From NCBI GenBank assembly GCA_963762565.1, contig CAVXLD010000010.1, positions 96,001-160,000 on the forward strand: 64,000 nucleotides of DNA, given 5' to 3'. The DNA comes from an uncultured Verrucomicrobiae bacterium. Lineage in GTDB: Bacteria; Verrucomicrobiota; Verrucomicrobiia; Chthoniobacterales; JAFAMB01. Below are positions 21,011-31,090 of this stretch, piece by piece. Positions within the stretch are counted from its first letter, which is position 1; each line of letters opens with the position of its first letter. Position numbers and translations under genes: made by a program. The notes below the pieces were generated by a model. That model saw only the letters and a program-made list of their open reading frames with translations. It did no database searches and was not told the DNA's origin.

Positions 21011-21430
21011 AGTTTAATGGGTTAGAGTGATTTGATTGTGTTTCCTGCTCTGGGAATATGGCTGTTCGCTTACTCTCATTGGCAGGAGTCCGTATCGAGC
21101 AGGATCCTTGCCACCTGCCAGCTTGATTACCTCTAAACCAAACTGTCCTGTCCCGGGGGAGCTTCCGCATAACGCAGGCCTTGTTGAGAAAACTATAAAC
21201 CTTATCCCGAAAATGTAAGTCGTCAAAGTGACTCTTTTTTTTCAGGCTGCAAGATTTTTATTGAAGAAATATACCCACCCCTCGGGTTTGACTTTTCAAT
21301 GAATTACTCCCGCTCGCTGAATAAAAGAAAAAAGATTTGGCCTACTGCTTAAGAATTGTTCGTGGAAACTGAATGTCTAATAGATTGGACTGGTTGAGGC
21401 AGGAGCCATGCCGGACGAAGCGGCATGGCA

Positions 21431-21652
21431 GTTAACCGTGGAGCGCTGCCTCGCTTGAGGCCGATGGTAAACAAAGAAGAATGATGAGGCACATCCTGGT
21501 TGCATTCTGCACTCTATAGTATGGGCGCGCGTTCTGAGGAGGACTTTTCTCCGCCGTCGCACGACATGGAGCGCAGGCGGACTATAAGGCGCATCTCACA
21601 TATCGCTCCGCTCGCCTTCGGCCTCGCAAGCGAGGCGCGCTCCACGGTTAAC
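21431..21652. repeat. REP doublet family A abutting the sufD stop codon
   Basis: GTTAACCGTGGAGCG..GCCTCGCTT..GAGGCC and inverted GGCCTCGCAAGCGAGGCGCGCTCCACGGTTAAC; the hairpin also occurs at 120, 3924, 7501, 11422, 11489, 15185 and 40587. Confidence 0.8.
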
Positions 21653-22988
21653 CCGCTAACCGGTTCGCGATTTGGTCGCGGAGGTAGACCTTAATGTTGT
21701 CGTCCGAAAGGCGGTCGACGACCTCGTTTAGGAAGCCGTTGACGACCAGACCTTTGGCCTTTAATTCCGGAATGCCTCGGCTCTGGAGATAAAAAAGTTC
21801 TTCCGGCTCGACTTGACCTGAGGTCGCGCCGTGCGTGCAACGAACGTCGTCGGCCAAGATCTCAAGACCCGGCATCGAATTCGCTTCGGCTTCGTCGCTG
21901 AGAAGAAGGTTTCGCACTTTCTGGTACGCGTCGGTGCGATGGGCACCGCGTTCAACTTTGATCAGGCCGGAAAAAATGGTGCGCGCGTTCGCGCTGAGCG
22001 CGTTTTTATAAAGCAGATCGCTGGTGGTATCGGGTTGCAGGTGATCCTGCAAAGTCCGTTGGTCGAATTCCTGATCCGCTCCGGCAATCGAGACCGCGAG
22101 CATGTCGCTCCGGGAACCGGCGCCAGCTAAACGACTGACACTTTCCAGGCGCGAATAACGCCCCCCAAAGTTCAACGACAGATTCACGGCGCTGGATTGT
22201 TCGTCGGCAACCGTGGAATTGACCTGCACAGAAACGAACTGCCGGCTCCAATTCTGAACATTGATATAATTCAGCTTCGAGCCTGGACGGAGAACCAAAT
22301 CATTGACTCCGCAGGCAAAACCATGTGCCTGACCATCCGTCGATATGAAATGATCCAGGAAGGTTACCTCACTCTCTTTATCGGCAATGATCAGGGTGTG
22401 TGGGAACAGGGCCAGGTTTTCGCCGGTCACAATATGAAACACCTCAAACGGAGCCTGCACACCCAAACTGGGCGGCAGGTAAAGAACGGTTCCGGCTTGA
22501 ACTGAGGCCTTGTGAAGAGCAGCAAACTTCTTTGAACCGAGGCGAGCCGGTTGAGCCATGAAATGGGCCTGCAACACATCGGGGCGAAGCTTCAGCGCCT
22601 GTTCCAGAGGAAGAAAGAGAACCCCTCTTTCACTGAGCGACTCGTCGAGTAGTTCACACGAAATGAGCTGATCATTGAGGAACACCATGCGCCCGGCTGG
22701 TTCGGGAAAAGCACGTTCCAGAGCCACCTCCAAGGCCGGCTTGGCCAGCCGAGCCGCTCCAATCTCGGACGCCGGCCGCGCAAGCGAGATTACCCCATCC
22801 AAGTTCTTAACCGAAGAAAAACGCCAAAACTCGTCTTTGCGAGTCGGAGATGGCTCATCCGCAAATTCCCGTCGCGCTTCGGTCCGAGCGTCGACAAACC
22901 ATTGAGGAAGGCCGTTCTGACCCTCGATTGTAGACGCCGATGAAAGCTCATCGAGCGTCGTTCCGCCAGATTTCTGCCCTGGTAACAT
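21648..22988 (-). CDS. sufD: Fe-S cluster assembly protein SufD
   Basis: PGLEILADDVRCTHGAT and LFYLQSRGI motifs; downstream of sufB. Confidence 0.95.
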   Translation of the reverse strand: MLPGQKSGGTTLDELSSASTIEGQNGLPQWFVDARTEARREFADEPSPTRKDEFWRFSSVKNLDGVISLARPASEIGAARLAKPALEVALERAFPEPAGRMVFLNDQLISCELLDESLSERGVLFLPLEQALKLRPDVLQAHFMAQPARLGSKKFAALHKASVQAGTVLYLPPSLGVQAPFEVFHIVTGENLALFPHTLIIADKESEVTFLDHFISTDGQAHGFACGVNDLVLRPGSKLNYINVQNWSRQFVSVQVNSTVADEQSSAVNLSLNFGGRYSRLESVSRLAGAGSRSDMLAVSIAGADQEFDQRTLQDHLQPDTTSDLLYKNALSANARTIFSGLIKVERGAHRTDAYQKVRNLLLSDEAEANSMPGLEILADDVRCTHGATSGQVEPEELFYLQSRGIPELKAKGLVVNGFLNEVVDRLSDDNIKVYLRDQIANRLAG

Positions 22989-23058
22989 TTAAGGTTCGTA
23001 ATGTGCGGCTGGTAACGCCACGGATGAAATGTGTTGAGGTGAAATGATCTCGGTTAAT

Positions 23059-23121
23059 GCTCGCATCCTCCTTCGTCCGGCTTAGCCGGACTTCGGAGGA
23101 CAAGAGCGAGGCCGCTCCAGG
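23059..23121. repeat. Family A hairpin with element E (23065-23104) inserted in its loop
   Basis: Minus strand GGAGCGGCCTCGCT[CTTGTCCTCCGAAGTCCGGCTAAGCCGGACGAAGGAGGAT]GCGAG. Confidence 0.65.
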
Positions 23122-23123
23122 CT

Positions 23124-24533
23124 TTACCCGACAGAGCCCTCCATTTGGAGGTCGATCAATCGCTTCAACTCCACGCTGTATTCCATAGGGAATTGACGAA
23201 CCAGATCATTCACGAACCCGTTGACAGCCAGACTCATTGACTGTCCTTCCGAGAGACCTCTCTGTTGCATGTAAAAGATTTGTTCGGCGCTGATCTGGCT
23301 AACCGAAGCCTCATGTTGAGTAGCGTTTCCGGTGCCGCGCACGGTGATGGCCGGGTAGGTATCGGTCCGGCTATGTGAGTTGATTAAGAGCGCATCGCAT
23401 TCCGTATTGTTTTTGCAGCCCTTCAGATGCTTCGGCACATGTACGAGACCCCGGTAAGTAGCGCGTCCTTGTCCGACACTGATGCTCTTGGAGACGATGT
23501 TGCTCGAGGTTTCATCCGCGGCATGGATCATTTTCGCTCCCGTATCCTGATGTTGACCATCCCCGGCCAGAGCGATGCTGATGACCTCTCCGCGGGCCTT
23601 TCTACCCTTTAACACCACACCCGGATACTTCATGGTCAGCCGTGAACCGATATTACAATCGATCCATTTGATCTCGGCCTCTTCCATCGCCATCCCGCGT
23701 TTGGTCACCAGGTTAAATACGTTTGGCGACCAGTTTTGCACCGTCACGTATTGAATCTTGGCGCCGGGCATCGCGACGAGCTCAACCACAGCCGAGTGAA
23801 GCGTCGCCGTAGTGAACTTGGGAGCGGTACAACCTTCCATGTACATCACTTCGGAACCTTCATCCGCGATAATCAATGTGCGTTCGAATTGACCAAAATT
23901 TTCGGCGTTAATTCGAAAATAAGCTTGTAGCGGATGCTTCACTTTTACCCCCGGAGGGACGTAGATAAAGCTGCCACCGCTAAACACGGCGCTGTTTAGA
24001 GCGCTGAATTTATTATCGCCGGTTGGGATCACTTTACCGAACCATTTCCGGAAAATCTCCGGGTGGTGCTTCAGTCCCTCCGTGCTGCCCACAAAGATCA
24101 CGCCCTGATCAGACACCGCCTTTTTGATATTGGAATAGACGGCTTCGGAATCGAATTGGGCTTCGACGCCGGCTAAGAATTTTCGTTCGCTCTCCGGGAT
24201 GCCGAGACGCTCAAAGGTTTGCTTGATCTCGTCAGGGACTTCTTCCCAACTTCGCTTGGGTGCTTCCCCGGAAGCCAAGTAATAACGAATCTTATCAAAG
24301 TCGATGGCATCCAAATCATGACTTGCCCAATGTGTCGGGAGTGGCTTGTCCTTAAAAACTTGGAACGCGTTCTTGCGAAACTCACGAATCCAATCGGGTT
24401 CCTCCTTAGCGTCAACAATGTAGTCGATCGTGCTTTCGGTTAACCCGGTTCCGGCATCTCGCGCCGATTTGATGTCAAAATAAAAATCCCCAACGCTGCG
24501 ATCGATTTCGATGGTGTTGTTCGCGCTGCTCAT
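23124..24533 (-). CDS. sufB: Fe-S cluster assembly protein SufB
   Basis: [28 protein letters not shown]-terminal EGSVG. Confidence 0.97.
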   Translation of the reverse strand: MSSANNTIEIDRSVGDFYFDIKSARDAGTGLTESTIDYIVDAKEEPDWIREFRKNAFQVFKDKPLPTHWASHDLDAIDFDKIRYYLASGEAPKRSWEEVPDEIKQTFERLGIPESERKFLAGVEAQFDSEAVYSNIKKAVSDQGVIFVGSTEGLKHHPEIFRKWFGKVIPTGDNKFSALNSAVFSGGSFIYVPPGVKVKHPLQAYFRINAENFGQFERTLIIADEGSEVMYMEGCTAPKFTTATLHSAVVELVAMPGAKIQYVTVQNWSPNVFNLVTKRGMAMEEAEIKWIDCNIGSRLTMKYPGVVLKGRKARGEVISIALAGDGQHQDTGAKMIHAADETSSNIVSKSISVGQGRATYRGLVHVPKHLKGCKNNTECDALLINSHSRTDTYPAITVRGTGNATQHEASVSQISAEQIFYMQQRGLSEGQSMSLAVNGFVNDLVRQFPMEYSVELKRLIDLQMEGSVG

Positions 24534-24569
24534 AACAGTTTGCCTTTTGCGGTTCGCCGTCGACAGTTT

Positions 24570-25352
24570 TTATCTTGCCACGGCCGGCTCGGTGGCCGCT
24601 TCTGTTTCTCCTTCCGACTTTAGCCAATCGTAGCCTCTTGATTCGAGTTCCAAAGCGAGCTCTTTACCGCCGCTTAGGACAACCTTTCCGGCATACATCA
24701 CATGGACAAAATCCGGTACAATATAATTTAAAAGTCGCTGGTAGTGCGTGATCAACAGCACGCCGAGTTTAGGTCCACGCAGTTTATTAACTCCGTTGGC
24801 GACGACTTTGAGCGCATCGATATCCAACCCGCTGTCGGTCTCGTCCAGAACCGCAAACGCCGGTTCGAGAATAGCGAGTTGCAGGATTTCGTTCCGTTTC
24901 TTTTCGCCGCCGGAAAATCCTTCGTTAACGGATCGGGCTGTAAATTCTCGCTTCATTTCCAGCAGATCCATTTTTTCGTAAAGGCGATGATAAAAGTCGG
25001 TGGCATCCAATTCTTCACCCTCGGGCAAGCGCGACTGCAACGCCGCTCGCAAAAAGTTGGCATTACTGACCCCCGGGATTTCGACCGGATACTGAAACGC
25101 CATAAAAAGACCTCGCCGAGCCCGTTCGTCCGGCTCCAACTCCAGGATACTTTCCCCATTCAATAGGATATCGCCTTCAGTCACCTCATAATCGGGGTGC
25201 CCGGCCATCACTTTGGCCAACGTGCTTTTCCCGGATCCGTTTGGACCCATCACTGCATGCACTTCACCTTGGCGAAACTCGATGTCGAGGCCACGGATGA
25301 TTTCCTGGCCATTGATTGATGCATGCAGGTTTTGAACGGAGATCGAACTCAT
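24570..25352 (-). CDS. sufC: Fe-S cluster assembly ATPase SufC
   Basis: [34 protein letters not shown] 25352 overlaps the upstream stop (ATGA). Confidence 0.97.
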   Translation of the reverse strand: MSSISVQNLHASINGQEIIRGLDIEFRQGEVHAVMGPNGSGKSTLAKVMAGHPDYEVTEGDILLNGESILELEPDERARRGLFMAFQYPVEIPGVSNANFLRAALQSRLPEGEELDATDFYHRLYEKMDLLEMKREFTARSVNEGFSGGEKKRNEILQLAILEPAFAVLDETDSGLDIDALKVVANGVNKLRGPKLGVLLITHYQRLLNYIVPDFVHVMYAGKVVLSGGKELALELESRGYDWLKSEGETEAATEPAVAR

Positions 25353-25780
25353 AAATTTTTCGCAGTGAGACCTTTCGACGTACAGGCGGGGCACTTACCC
25401 CGGAAAGTGACTTCAGCTTGTTTAATTAGGTACCCAGCGGGCAGATTCCAAGGCGCCTGGACCGGGATTTCAATGTCGTGCACCGCGCCGCACTCTTCAC
25501 AGAAGAAATGGCTATGATCGAGCAGGTTAGCGCAGTATCGCGTAGGGGCCCGATCGAGGTTGACTTGTTTGACGAGTCCGCTCTCGACCAGCGCTTCCAA
25601 GCAGTTGTAAACGGTGGCCAAAGAAATGGTCTCCATATGCTTTTTCGACCGCATAAACACCTCAACCGCAGTGGGATGGTCACGCTTCTGGAGAAGCACG
25701 GCGAGCACTTCCTCACGTTGCCTAGTCAACCGGATACCGCTGGCCGCTAGACGGTCTGTCACCTCGGAAGAAAGCTTCAC
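25349..25780 (-). CDS. Fur-family (PerR/Irr-like) transcriptional regulator
   Basis: [27 protein letters not shown] and CPAC motifs; GTG start at 25780 inferred. Confidence 0.9.
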   Translation of the reverse strand: MKLSSEVTDRLAASGIRLTRQREEVLAVLLQKRDHPTAVEVFMRSKKHMETISLATVYNCLEALVESGLVKQVNLDRAPTRYCANLLDHSHFFCEECGAVHDIEIPVQAPWNLPAGYLIKQAEVTFRGKCPACTSKGLTAKNL

Positions 25781-25827
25781 GATTTGAGCGTCGCGTAACT
25801 GAGAACGGGATGCAAGTGAAAACGAGA

Positions 25828-25844
25828 TCAAGAATAATTCTAAA
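25828..25844 (-). promoter_or_regulatory. Putative Fur-family operator (ICE/Per-box-like)
   Basis: Minus strand TTTAGAA-TTA-TTCTTGA, 12/14 match to the Irr ICE consensus TTTAGAA-N3-TTCTAAA, ~50 bp upstream of the regulator. Confidence 0.55.
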
Positions 25845-25977
25845 TCAGGGATGGTGGGGAAGTCTGACGAGCGAGACGCGCTCGAAGTGGTCCGGATAGG
25901 ATCCGCCTTCGCAAAGCCTACGGCGCGAGCAGGCTTTATGGGACCTATAGGACTAATAGGTTTGAGCCGTGGAACTC

Positions 25978-26394
25978 TCAGTGTCCGCGGACAAATAAAG
26001 CCCAAAGCTTTGGGACGTAGAGCAGCAGGGCGACGAGGACGGAAACGATGGCGGCGATCAACACGGCGGCGGCTCCGATGTCTTTGGCTGCTTTGGCAAG
26101 CGGATGGAACCCTGGGGTTGTTGTGTCGATGGCGCGCTCGATTGCGCTATTGATGCCTTCGGCGACTAAAACCAGACCAATGGTCACGATTAAAATCGCC
26201 CACTCTAGGTGGGTGAAACCAAGGAAGGCGGCTAAGATGACGGCACACGCGGCCGCAGCGAGGTGAAGTTGGAAATGTCTTTCAGACGTGGCCAGGCGAC
26301 GGAGCCCACTGAAAGCAGCCCGGAATCCGTTGGCGCGCCGGGCGCCTTCCTTCTTGAGCAATTCTCCCCATTTGACTGCGATTTTCCTAGACAT
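25978..26394 (-). CDS. dgkA: Diacylglycerol/undecaprenol kinase (DgkA family)
   Basis: ERHFQLH, AEGINSAIERAID, AKAAKDIGAAAV; three TM helices. Confidence 0.9.
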   Translation of the reverse strand: MSRKIAVKWGELLKKEGARRANGFRAAFSGLRRLATSERHFQLHLAAAACAVILAAFLGFTHLEWAILIVTIGLVLVAEGINSAIERAIDTTTPGFHPLAKAAKDIGAAAVLIAAIVSVLVALLLYVPKLWALFVRGH

Positions 26395-26404
26395 AATTGG
26401 CGGA

Positions 26405-26617
26405 TTGGTAGGGCGAGGCTCCGGAATAGACCACAAGCGTGTCGCGGCGCGAAATGGGACTTCGTTGGTATATGACATGCAACATCTGAAAGCTGCCGAG
26501 CCGCGGGTCGCGCAACCCATGGCTCGGCAGCTATCAGGCCGTGCTGCACATACAATGGCGAAACGTCACTTCGCCCTGCGACTGCCTTTCGCCTAGTCCG
26601 GAGCCTCGCCCTACCAA
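26405..26617. repeat. REP doublet family B, copy 1
   Basis: Outer IR TTGGTAGGGCGAGGCTCCGGA/TCCGGAGCCTCGCCCTACCAA; inner IR GCCGAGCC/GGCTCGGC 71-72 nt inside. Confidence 0.85.
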
Positions 26618-26708
26618 CTGCAAACTGCAAACTGCCAACCGCAAACTGACAACTCGATGGTTGACTCTTAGCGCGATAACGATTAGCGACCCATGCATTC
26701 TAATCCAC

Positions 26709-26888
26709 ATGAAGAAATTCTGTCTTGTTTTGCTGGTCTCAGGTATCGGCTTGGTGGCATGCGAACGTCATCCGGCTAGCCAACTGCAAGAAGGAACCGA
26801 ACAAGGAGAAGCGAAAACGGAGGTCAGTCCGTCGACTCAACCGGCCTCTTCGGCGACACCGAAGACGTTTTTCCCTCAGAATTCTTAA
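26709..26888 (+). CDS. Small lipoprotein, 59 aa
   Basis: MKK plus hydrophobic core plus lipobox LVAC, then a low-complexity tail. Confidence 0.7.
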   Translation: MKKFCLVLLVSGIGLVACERHPASQLQEGTEQGEAKTEVSPSTQPASSATPKTFFPQNS

Positions 26889-26957
26889 GATTGACGTGCC
26901 AGGCACGGGCTCGATCTGAGCTTGTTTCTTCCAACTCAAACCGTTTCGATAAAAGGC

Positions 26958-27512
26958 ATGAACTGTTTTTTCAGACTCTTTACGATAGGCTTTTTCGTAG
27001 CTGGAACATCTGCTGTTTGCGACGCCGGGATGGCTCCCGGCCCCGGGCAACAGCAACCGCCGCCGTCTGTGCCTCAACTGCCGCAGTCCCAGCCATCCCC
27101 CCAGCAGAATCAACAACAGCAAAAGCAGCAGCAAAAAGGGCCGGACGCAGTGACTCCTTTTAATGAGGGAATCGCCTTTCTAAAGGTCCACAACTATGGG
27201 GCAGCGGTCCCGAAGTTCGAGGCTGCGTTAAAAGCGAATCCGAATTTACCCCAAGCGCATCTCCTGGCAGCCTTTTGCCTGAGGCAGCTCGGTCCAGCAA
27301 ACTACCCAGCCTCCTTGCAGCACTTAAATGCGGCACTGAAGCTCAATCCGAGTATGGGCGAGGCCTACGAGTCCAGAGGGGTTCTTTACGTTAAGATGGG
27401 TAAGAAGGAAGACGCCGAGAAAGATCTAGCCACATTGAAGCATCTAAATCCGAAGCTGACCCCTGGCCTTGAGGCTGCCATCAAGACCGGTAAAGACGTG
27501 GATCATTACTAA
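26958..27512 (+). CDS. Secreted tetratricopeptide repeat protein (paralog 1)
   Basis: Signal peptide, Gln/Pro-rich linker, TPR-like repeats (ALKLNPSMGEAYESRGVLY). Confidence 0.85.
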   Translation: MNCFFRLFTIGFFVAGTSAVCDAGMAPGPGQQQPPPSVPQLPQSQPSPQQNQQQQKQQQKGPDAVTPFNEGIAFLKVHNYGAAVPKFEAALKANPNLPQAHLLAAFCLRQLGPANYPASLQHLNAALKLNPSMGEAYESRGVLYVKMGKKEDAEKDLATLKHLNPKLTPGLEAAIKTGKDVDHY

Positions 27513-27536
27513 TAGAAAACTAAAGAAAACCGACTC

Positions 27537-28088
27537 ATGAATCGTTTCTTTGCGACTATCACCTGCTGTTTTTTCGTAGCCGGAACACCGGCTGCCTTCG
27601 GGGCTGGGCCTGGCGGCGGCGGATCGCTGGTACCACCCTCAGCGCCGCCTGATTTTTCACAAATACCGACGAGCCAGACGGTTGGCTTACTGCTTCCGAA
27701 GAAGACAACGAAAGCTCCGGACGCAGCAACTCCCTATAATCAAGGGATCGCTTTGATGAAGGCTAAAAATTATTCTGCGGCGGTTCTTAAGTTCGAGATA
27801 TCACTCGATGCGAACCCGAACCAGGCCCAGGCGCACCTGCTTGCGGCGTACTGCCTGCGCCAGATGGGTTCGGAAAAATACGCTGCCTCTCTGCAGCACT
27901 TGAACGAGGCACTGAAACTCAATCCGAAATTCGGAGAGGCTTACGAGTCCAGAGGGGTCCTCTATGTTAAGATGGGCAAAAAAGAAGATGCCCAAAAAGA
28001 TCTCGCTACGGTGCAGCAGCTGAATCCGAGGCTGACACCTGGTCTGGAGACTGCGATCAAGACGGGGAAAGACGTCGATACTTACTAA
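27537..28088 (+). CDS. Secreted tetratricopeptide repeat protein (paralog 2)
   Basis: TPR region and C-terminus AIKTGKDVD very similar to paralog 1. Confidence 0.85.
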   Translation: MNRFFATITCCFFVAGTPAAFGAGPGGGGSLVPPSAPPDFSQIPTSQTVGLLLPKKTTKAPDAATPYNQGIALMKAKNYSAAVLKFEISLDANPNQAQAHLLAAYCLRQMGSEKYAASLQHLNEALKLNPKFGEAYESRGVLYVKMGKKEDAQKDLATVQQLNPRLTPGLETAIKTGKDVDTY

Positions 28089-28114
28089 GAACGTGGGGAA
28101 TGCAGCGCCCATGG

Positions 28115-28330
28115 CCTGGAGGGGAGCCGCTTTGTAGGATGGCAATTCTATCGGATGGCAGCAGGCGACTCCCGGGAATTAACCAGCGTTAGCCATGGAA
28201 CAACGTGGCGTCACTAGAGGCTACCGATTTGGAATCAGCCGATAGAATTGCTTTGCTCCGGGAACGTTCTCGGGAGCCGCTTGCTGCCAACCGACAGAGC
28301 TGCCAAGCTAAAAAGCGGCTCCCCTCCAGG
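28115..28330. repeat. REP doublet family C, copy 1
   Basis: Each arm GGGAGCCGCTT-N30-AAGCGGCTCCC(like); arms inverted; lies between convergent genes. Confidence 0.8.
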
Positions 28331-28397
28331 TCTTGGACATGCAACACCGCAGTGTTCATTGGAGGACGACAACGAGACGGTATCGCCTTTTGGGGGT

Positions 28398-30959
28398 TCA
28401 ACGATCCCCGGGCTGAAGATCAAACAAGGTTGGTTGGGGGCGAGCTTCCTCGGTTTTGGGTTTTCGCCGGGTCGATTTCGCTTCGGCTAAGCGTGGACGT
28501 CCCTGGGCATTCAGTTCGGCGCTTTCCAGGTTGGCGAGAATTTCTTTGGCCCGATCAATGACAGTAGCGGGCAGTCCCGCTAATCGCGCCACTTGGATAC
28601 CGTAGCTTTTGTCAGCTGCTCCCTTTTGGATCTTACGCAAGAAAATGATCCGGTCGTTCCATTCCCGAACCGCTACATTGAAGTTTTTCACACCAGAACA
28701 CACCATTTCGAGCTCCGTCATCTCGTGGTAATGAGTGGCGAAAAGAGTGCGCGCACGCACAACGTCGTGCAAATGTTCCGCCACGCTCCATGCGATAGAC
28801 AAGCCGTCAAAGGTTGAGGTTCCCCGTCCGATCTCGTCCAAAATCACAAGACTTCGGTCGGTCGCGTTGTTGACGATATTTGCGGTTTCATTCATCTCCA
28901 CCATGAAAGTTGATTGGCCTCGAGCCAGGTCATCGGAGGCGCCCACTCGGGTGAAAATGCGGTCGACGATTCCGATGGCAGCAGATTTAGCGGGAATGAA
29001 ACTCCCGATTTGAGCCATTAGCACCAAAAGCGCGACTTGCCGGATATACGTCGATTTTCCGGCCATGTTAGGCCCTGTGATCAACAGTAACCGATTGGCG
29101 TCTCCATCCAGCAGACAATCGTTAGGAACAAATTTTTCCTCGGTCAGATTCTGGTCCAGAACCGGATGACGACCTTCGGTAATGTGTAGAACGCTTTCCG
29201 CATTTACTTCCGGCCGGCAATAGCCAAAAAGCCGAGCGGTCTCGGCCAAGCTGGCGATGAAGTCCAACTGAGCGACGGCTCGAGCGGTCTCTTGCAGCGG
29301 GGCAAGATAGCCTAGCGTGGTCTCGCGTAATTTCAGGAAGAGCTGGTACTCGAGTTGTTTGGCTCGTTCATCCGCCCCTAGAACCTTGGCCTCGAACTCT
29401 TTCAACTCCGGCGTGATAAACCGTTCGCCGTTTACCGTGGTTTGCTTTCGAATATAATCGGCAGGAACTGCATTGAGATTTGCTTTGGTGATCTCGATAA
29501 AATAACCAAAAACCGAATTGTAGCGGACCTTCAAAGATTTTATTCCGGTCCGATCGATCTCTTTCTGCTGGAGCTCGGCGATCCACTCTTTGCCGCTCCC
29601 GGAATGTTGACGCAACTCATCAAGATCGGGATCGTACCCCGACCTGAAAATGCCTCCTTCCTTTACCGTAGCCGGCGGTTCATCCACGATGGCGGCGCGC
29701 AACCGTTCCAGCAGCTCCGGCAAGAGATGGATCTCGCTCAAGATTTGGCGGCAGAGGGAAAAGGAAGGTGAGAGGTGAGAAGTGAGAGGTGAGAGGTGAG
29801 AGGTGGGAGGCGCCGCGGCCGGGTCACCAGCAAACAGTGCGGTTTTTTCCAACGCGTTTAAATGTTCTACCAAAGGCGGTACTGCTTCCAACGAATGACG
29901 AATCGCTGCCAAATCGCGGGGACCACCTGTTCCTTGGCTGACTCGGCTCAAAGTGCGCTCGACATCGCGCACGCCGCGCATTGATTCTCGGCAAGCATTC
30001 AAGAGAAAAGGTTGCTCCAGAAATCGAGCAACCAAGGACTGGCGGCGTCGGATCTTCTCCAGGTTTCGCAACGGCTTAAGAATTGACTCTCGGAGCAGAC
30101 GAGCGCCCATGGGCGTGACTGTGCGATCGAGAGCTCGTAACAGGCTCGCGTCGCGCCGGTCGTCCCGTTTTCCTACGAGCTCCAGATGGTTCTGCGTGGT
30201 CGCATCTAAGGACACGAATTCATCGGCCAGATAGACTCCTAGGGAGCGGATATGCTCGGTCGATCGCCGCAGCTGATTTTTGAGGTAATGGACGATGGCT
30301 CCGGCAGCGCCAACCGCAGCCACTAGCGAGCTGCACCCGAATCCGTCTAGAGATTGCACTTGAAACTGTTCGCGCAGCAGCTCGGTCGCTTGTTCGAACT
30401 CGAAAGCGTACCCGTCATAAACCGTAGCTTCTGCGAAATCATCCATGGTGTCGGGACGAATCAATTCCGTCGGTGAAAATCGAGCCAGCTCGTCGTGCAA
30501 TGCGTTCCGGCGATCCATTTCCGCGATCCGAAATTCGCCGGTACTGATATCAATTAGAGCAAGGCCATAACGGTTTTTTACTTGATTGATCGCGGCCAAA
30601 AAGTTGTTCTGCTTCGACTCGAGAAGGTTAAGATCGCTGATTGTTCCCGGGCTGATGATCTGGGAGACTTTCCTTTCAACGATCTTACCGGGTTGCGGTT
30701 CACTAACTTGATCACAAATCGCGACTCGGAGTCCGGCTTTGATCAGCTTCCCGACATAGACCTCTGCGGCATGAAACGGGACTCCGCACATCGGCATGCC
30801 GTTACGTTTGGTCAACGCGACCCCAAGAATATCGGCGGCCAGCTTGGCATCGTCGAAAAAAAGCTCGTAGAAATCGCCCAACCGAAACAAGAGAAGCGTG
30901 CCTTTTGGGAGCGAGCGCCGGATGCTCTGATACTGCTGCATCATCGGAGTCCCTGACAT
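28398..30959 (-). CDS. mutS: DNA mismatch repair protein MutS
   Basis: TPMMQQY, GDFYELF, GPNMAGKST, STFMVEM, DEIGRGTST, SYGIQVA. Confidence 0.98.
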   Translation of the reverse strand: MSGTPMMQQYQSIRRSLPKGTLLLFRLGDFYELFFDDAKLAADILGVALTKRNGMPMCGVPFHAAEVYVGKLIKAGLRVAICDQVSEPQPGKIVERKVSQIISPGTISDLNLLESKQNNFLAAINQVKNRYGLALIDISTGEFRIAEMDRRNALHDELARFSPTELIRPDTMDDFAEATVYDGYAFEFEQATELLREQFQVQSLDGFGCSSLVAAVGAAGAIVHYLKNQLRRSTEHIRSLGVYLADEFVSLDATTQNHLELVGKRDDRRDASLLRALDRTVTPMGARLLRESILKPLRNLEKIRRRQSLVARFLEQPFLLNACRESMRGVRDVERTLSRVSQGTGGPRDLAAIRHSLEAVPPLVEHLNALEKTALFAGDPAAAPPTSHLSPLTSHLSPSFSLCRQILSEIHLLPELLERLRAAIVDEPPATVKEGGIFRSGYDPDLDELRQHSGSGKEWIAELQQKEIDRTGIKSLKVRYNSVFGYFIEITKANLNAVPADYIRKQTTVNGERFITPELKEFEAKVLGADERAKQLEYQLFLKLRETTLGYLAPLQETARAVAQLDFIASLAETARLFGYCRPEVNAESVLHITEGRHPVLDQNLTEEKFVPNDCLLDGDANRLLLITGPNMAGKSTYIRQVALLVLMAQIGSFIPAKSAAIGIVDRIFTRVGASDDLARGQSTFMVEMNETANIVNNATDRSLVILDEIGRGTSTFDGLSIAWSVAEHLHDVVRARTLFATHYHEMTELEMVCSGVKNFNVAVREWNDRIIFLRKIQKGAADKSYGIQVARLAGLPATVIDRAKEILANLESAELNAQGRPRLAEAKSTRRKPKTEEARPQPTLFDLQPGDR
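29766..29807. repeat. Six-unit heptamer tandem repeat (AGGTGAG)6 in frame inside mutS
   Basis: AGGTGAG AGGTGAG AAGTGAG AGGTGAG AGGTGAG AGGTGGG = 42 bp, encoding PTSHLSPLTSHLSP. Confidence 0.9.
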
Positions 30960-30977
30960 GGTGGCGAGCTTACGCTT

Positions 30978-31060
30978 GAGGAGTTCAGGAGTTCAAGGAG
31001 TTCAAGGAGTTCGAGGAGCGAATGGGCGAATGGGCGAATGGGCATGTCGGCGTATCGGCG
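30978..31060. repeat. Short tandem repeats (GGAGTTCAA-like x4, GCGAATGG x3) directly upstream of mutS
   Basis: Read directly from the sequence. Confidence 0.8.
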
Positions 31061-31090
31061 GGGACAGCTGCCGGACGAGACGGTCGGAAC

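Noticed and set aside
21011..21420. AT-rich region upstream of exbB as an ncRNA or a sixth TBDR promoter module
   Set aside because: Only fragments (AAAATGTAA, GTCAA) match, without the conserved order or spacing, and no convincing structure was seen
25781..26005. Long N-terminal extension of the Fur-family protein (similar cases for recF, dgkA, tetR1, emrA, sdhA)
   Set aside because: These run through repeats, operators or the neighbouring gene; family motifs begin further downstream
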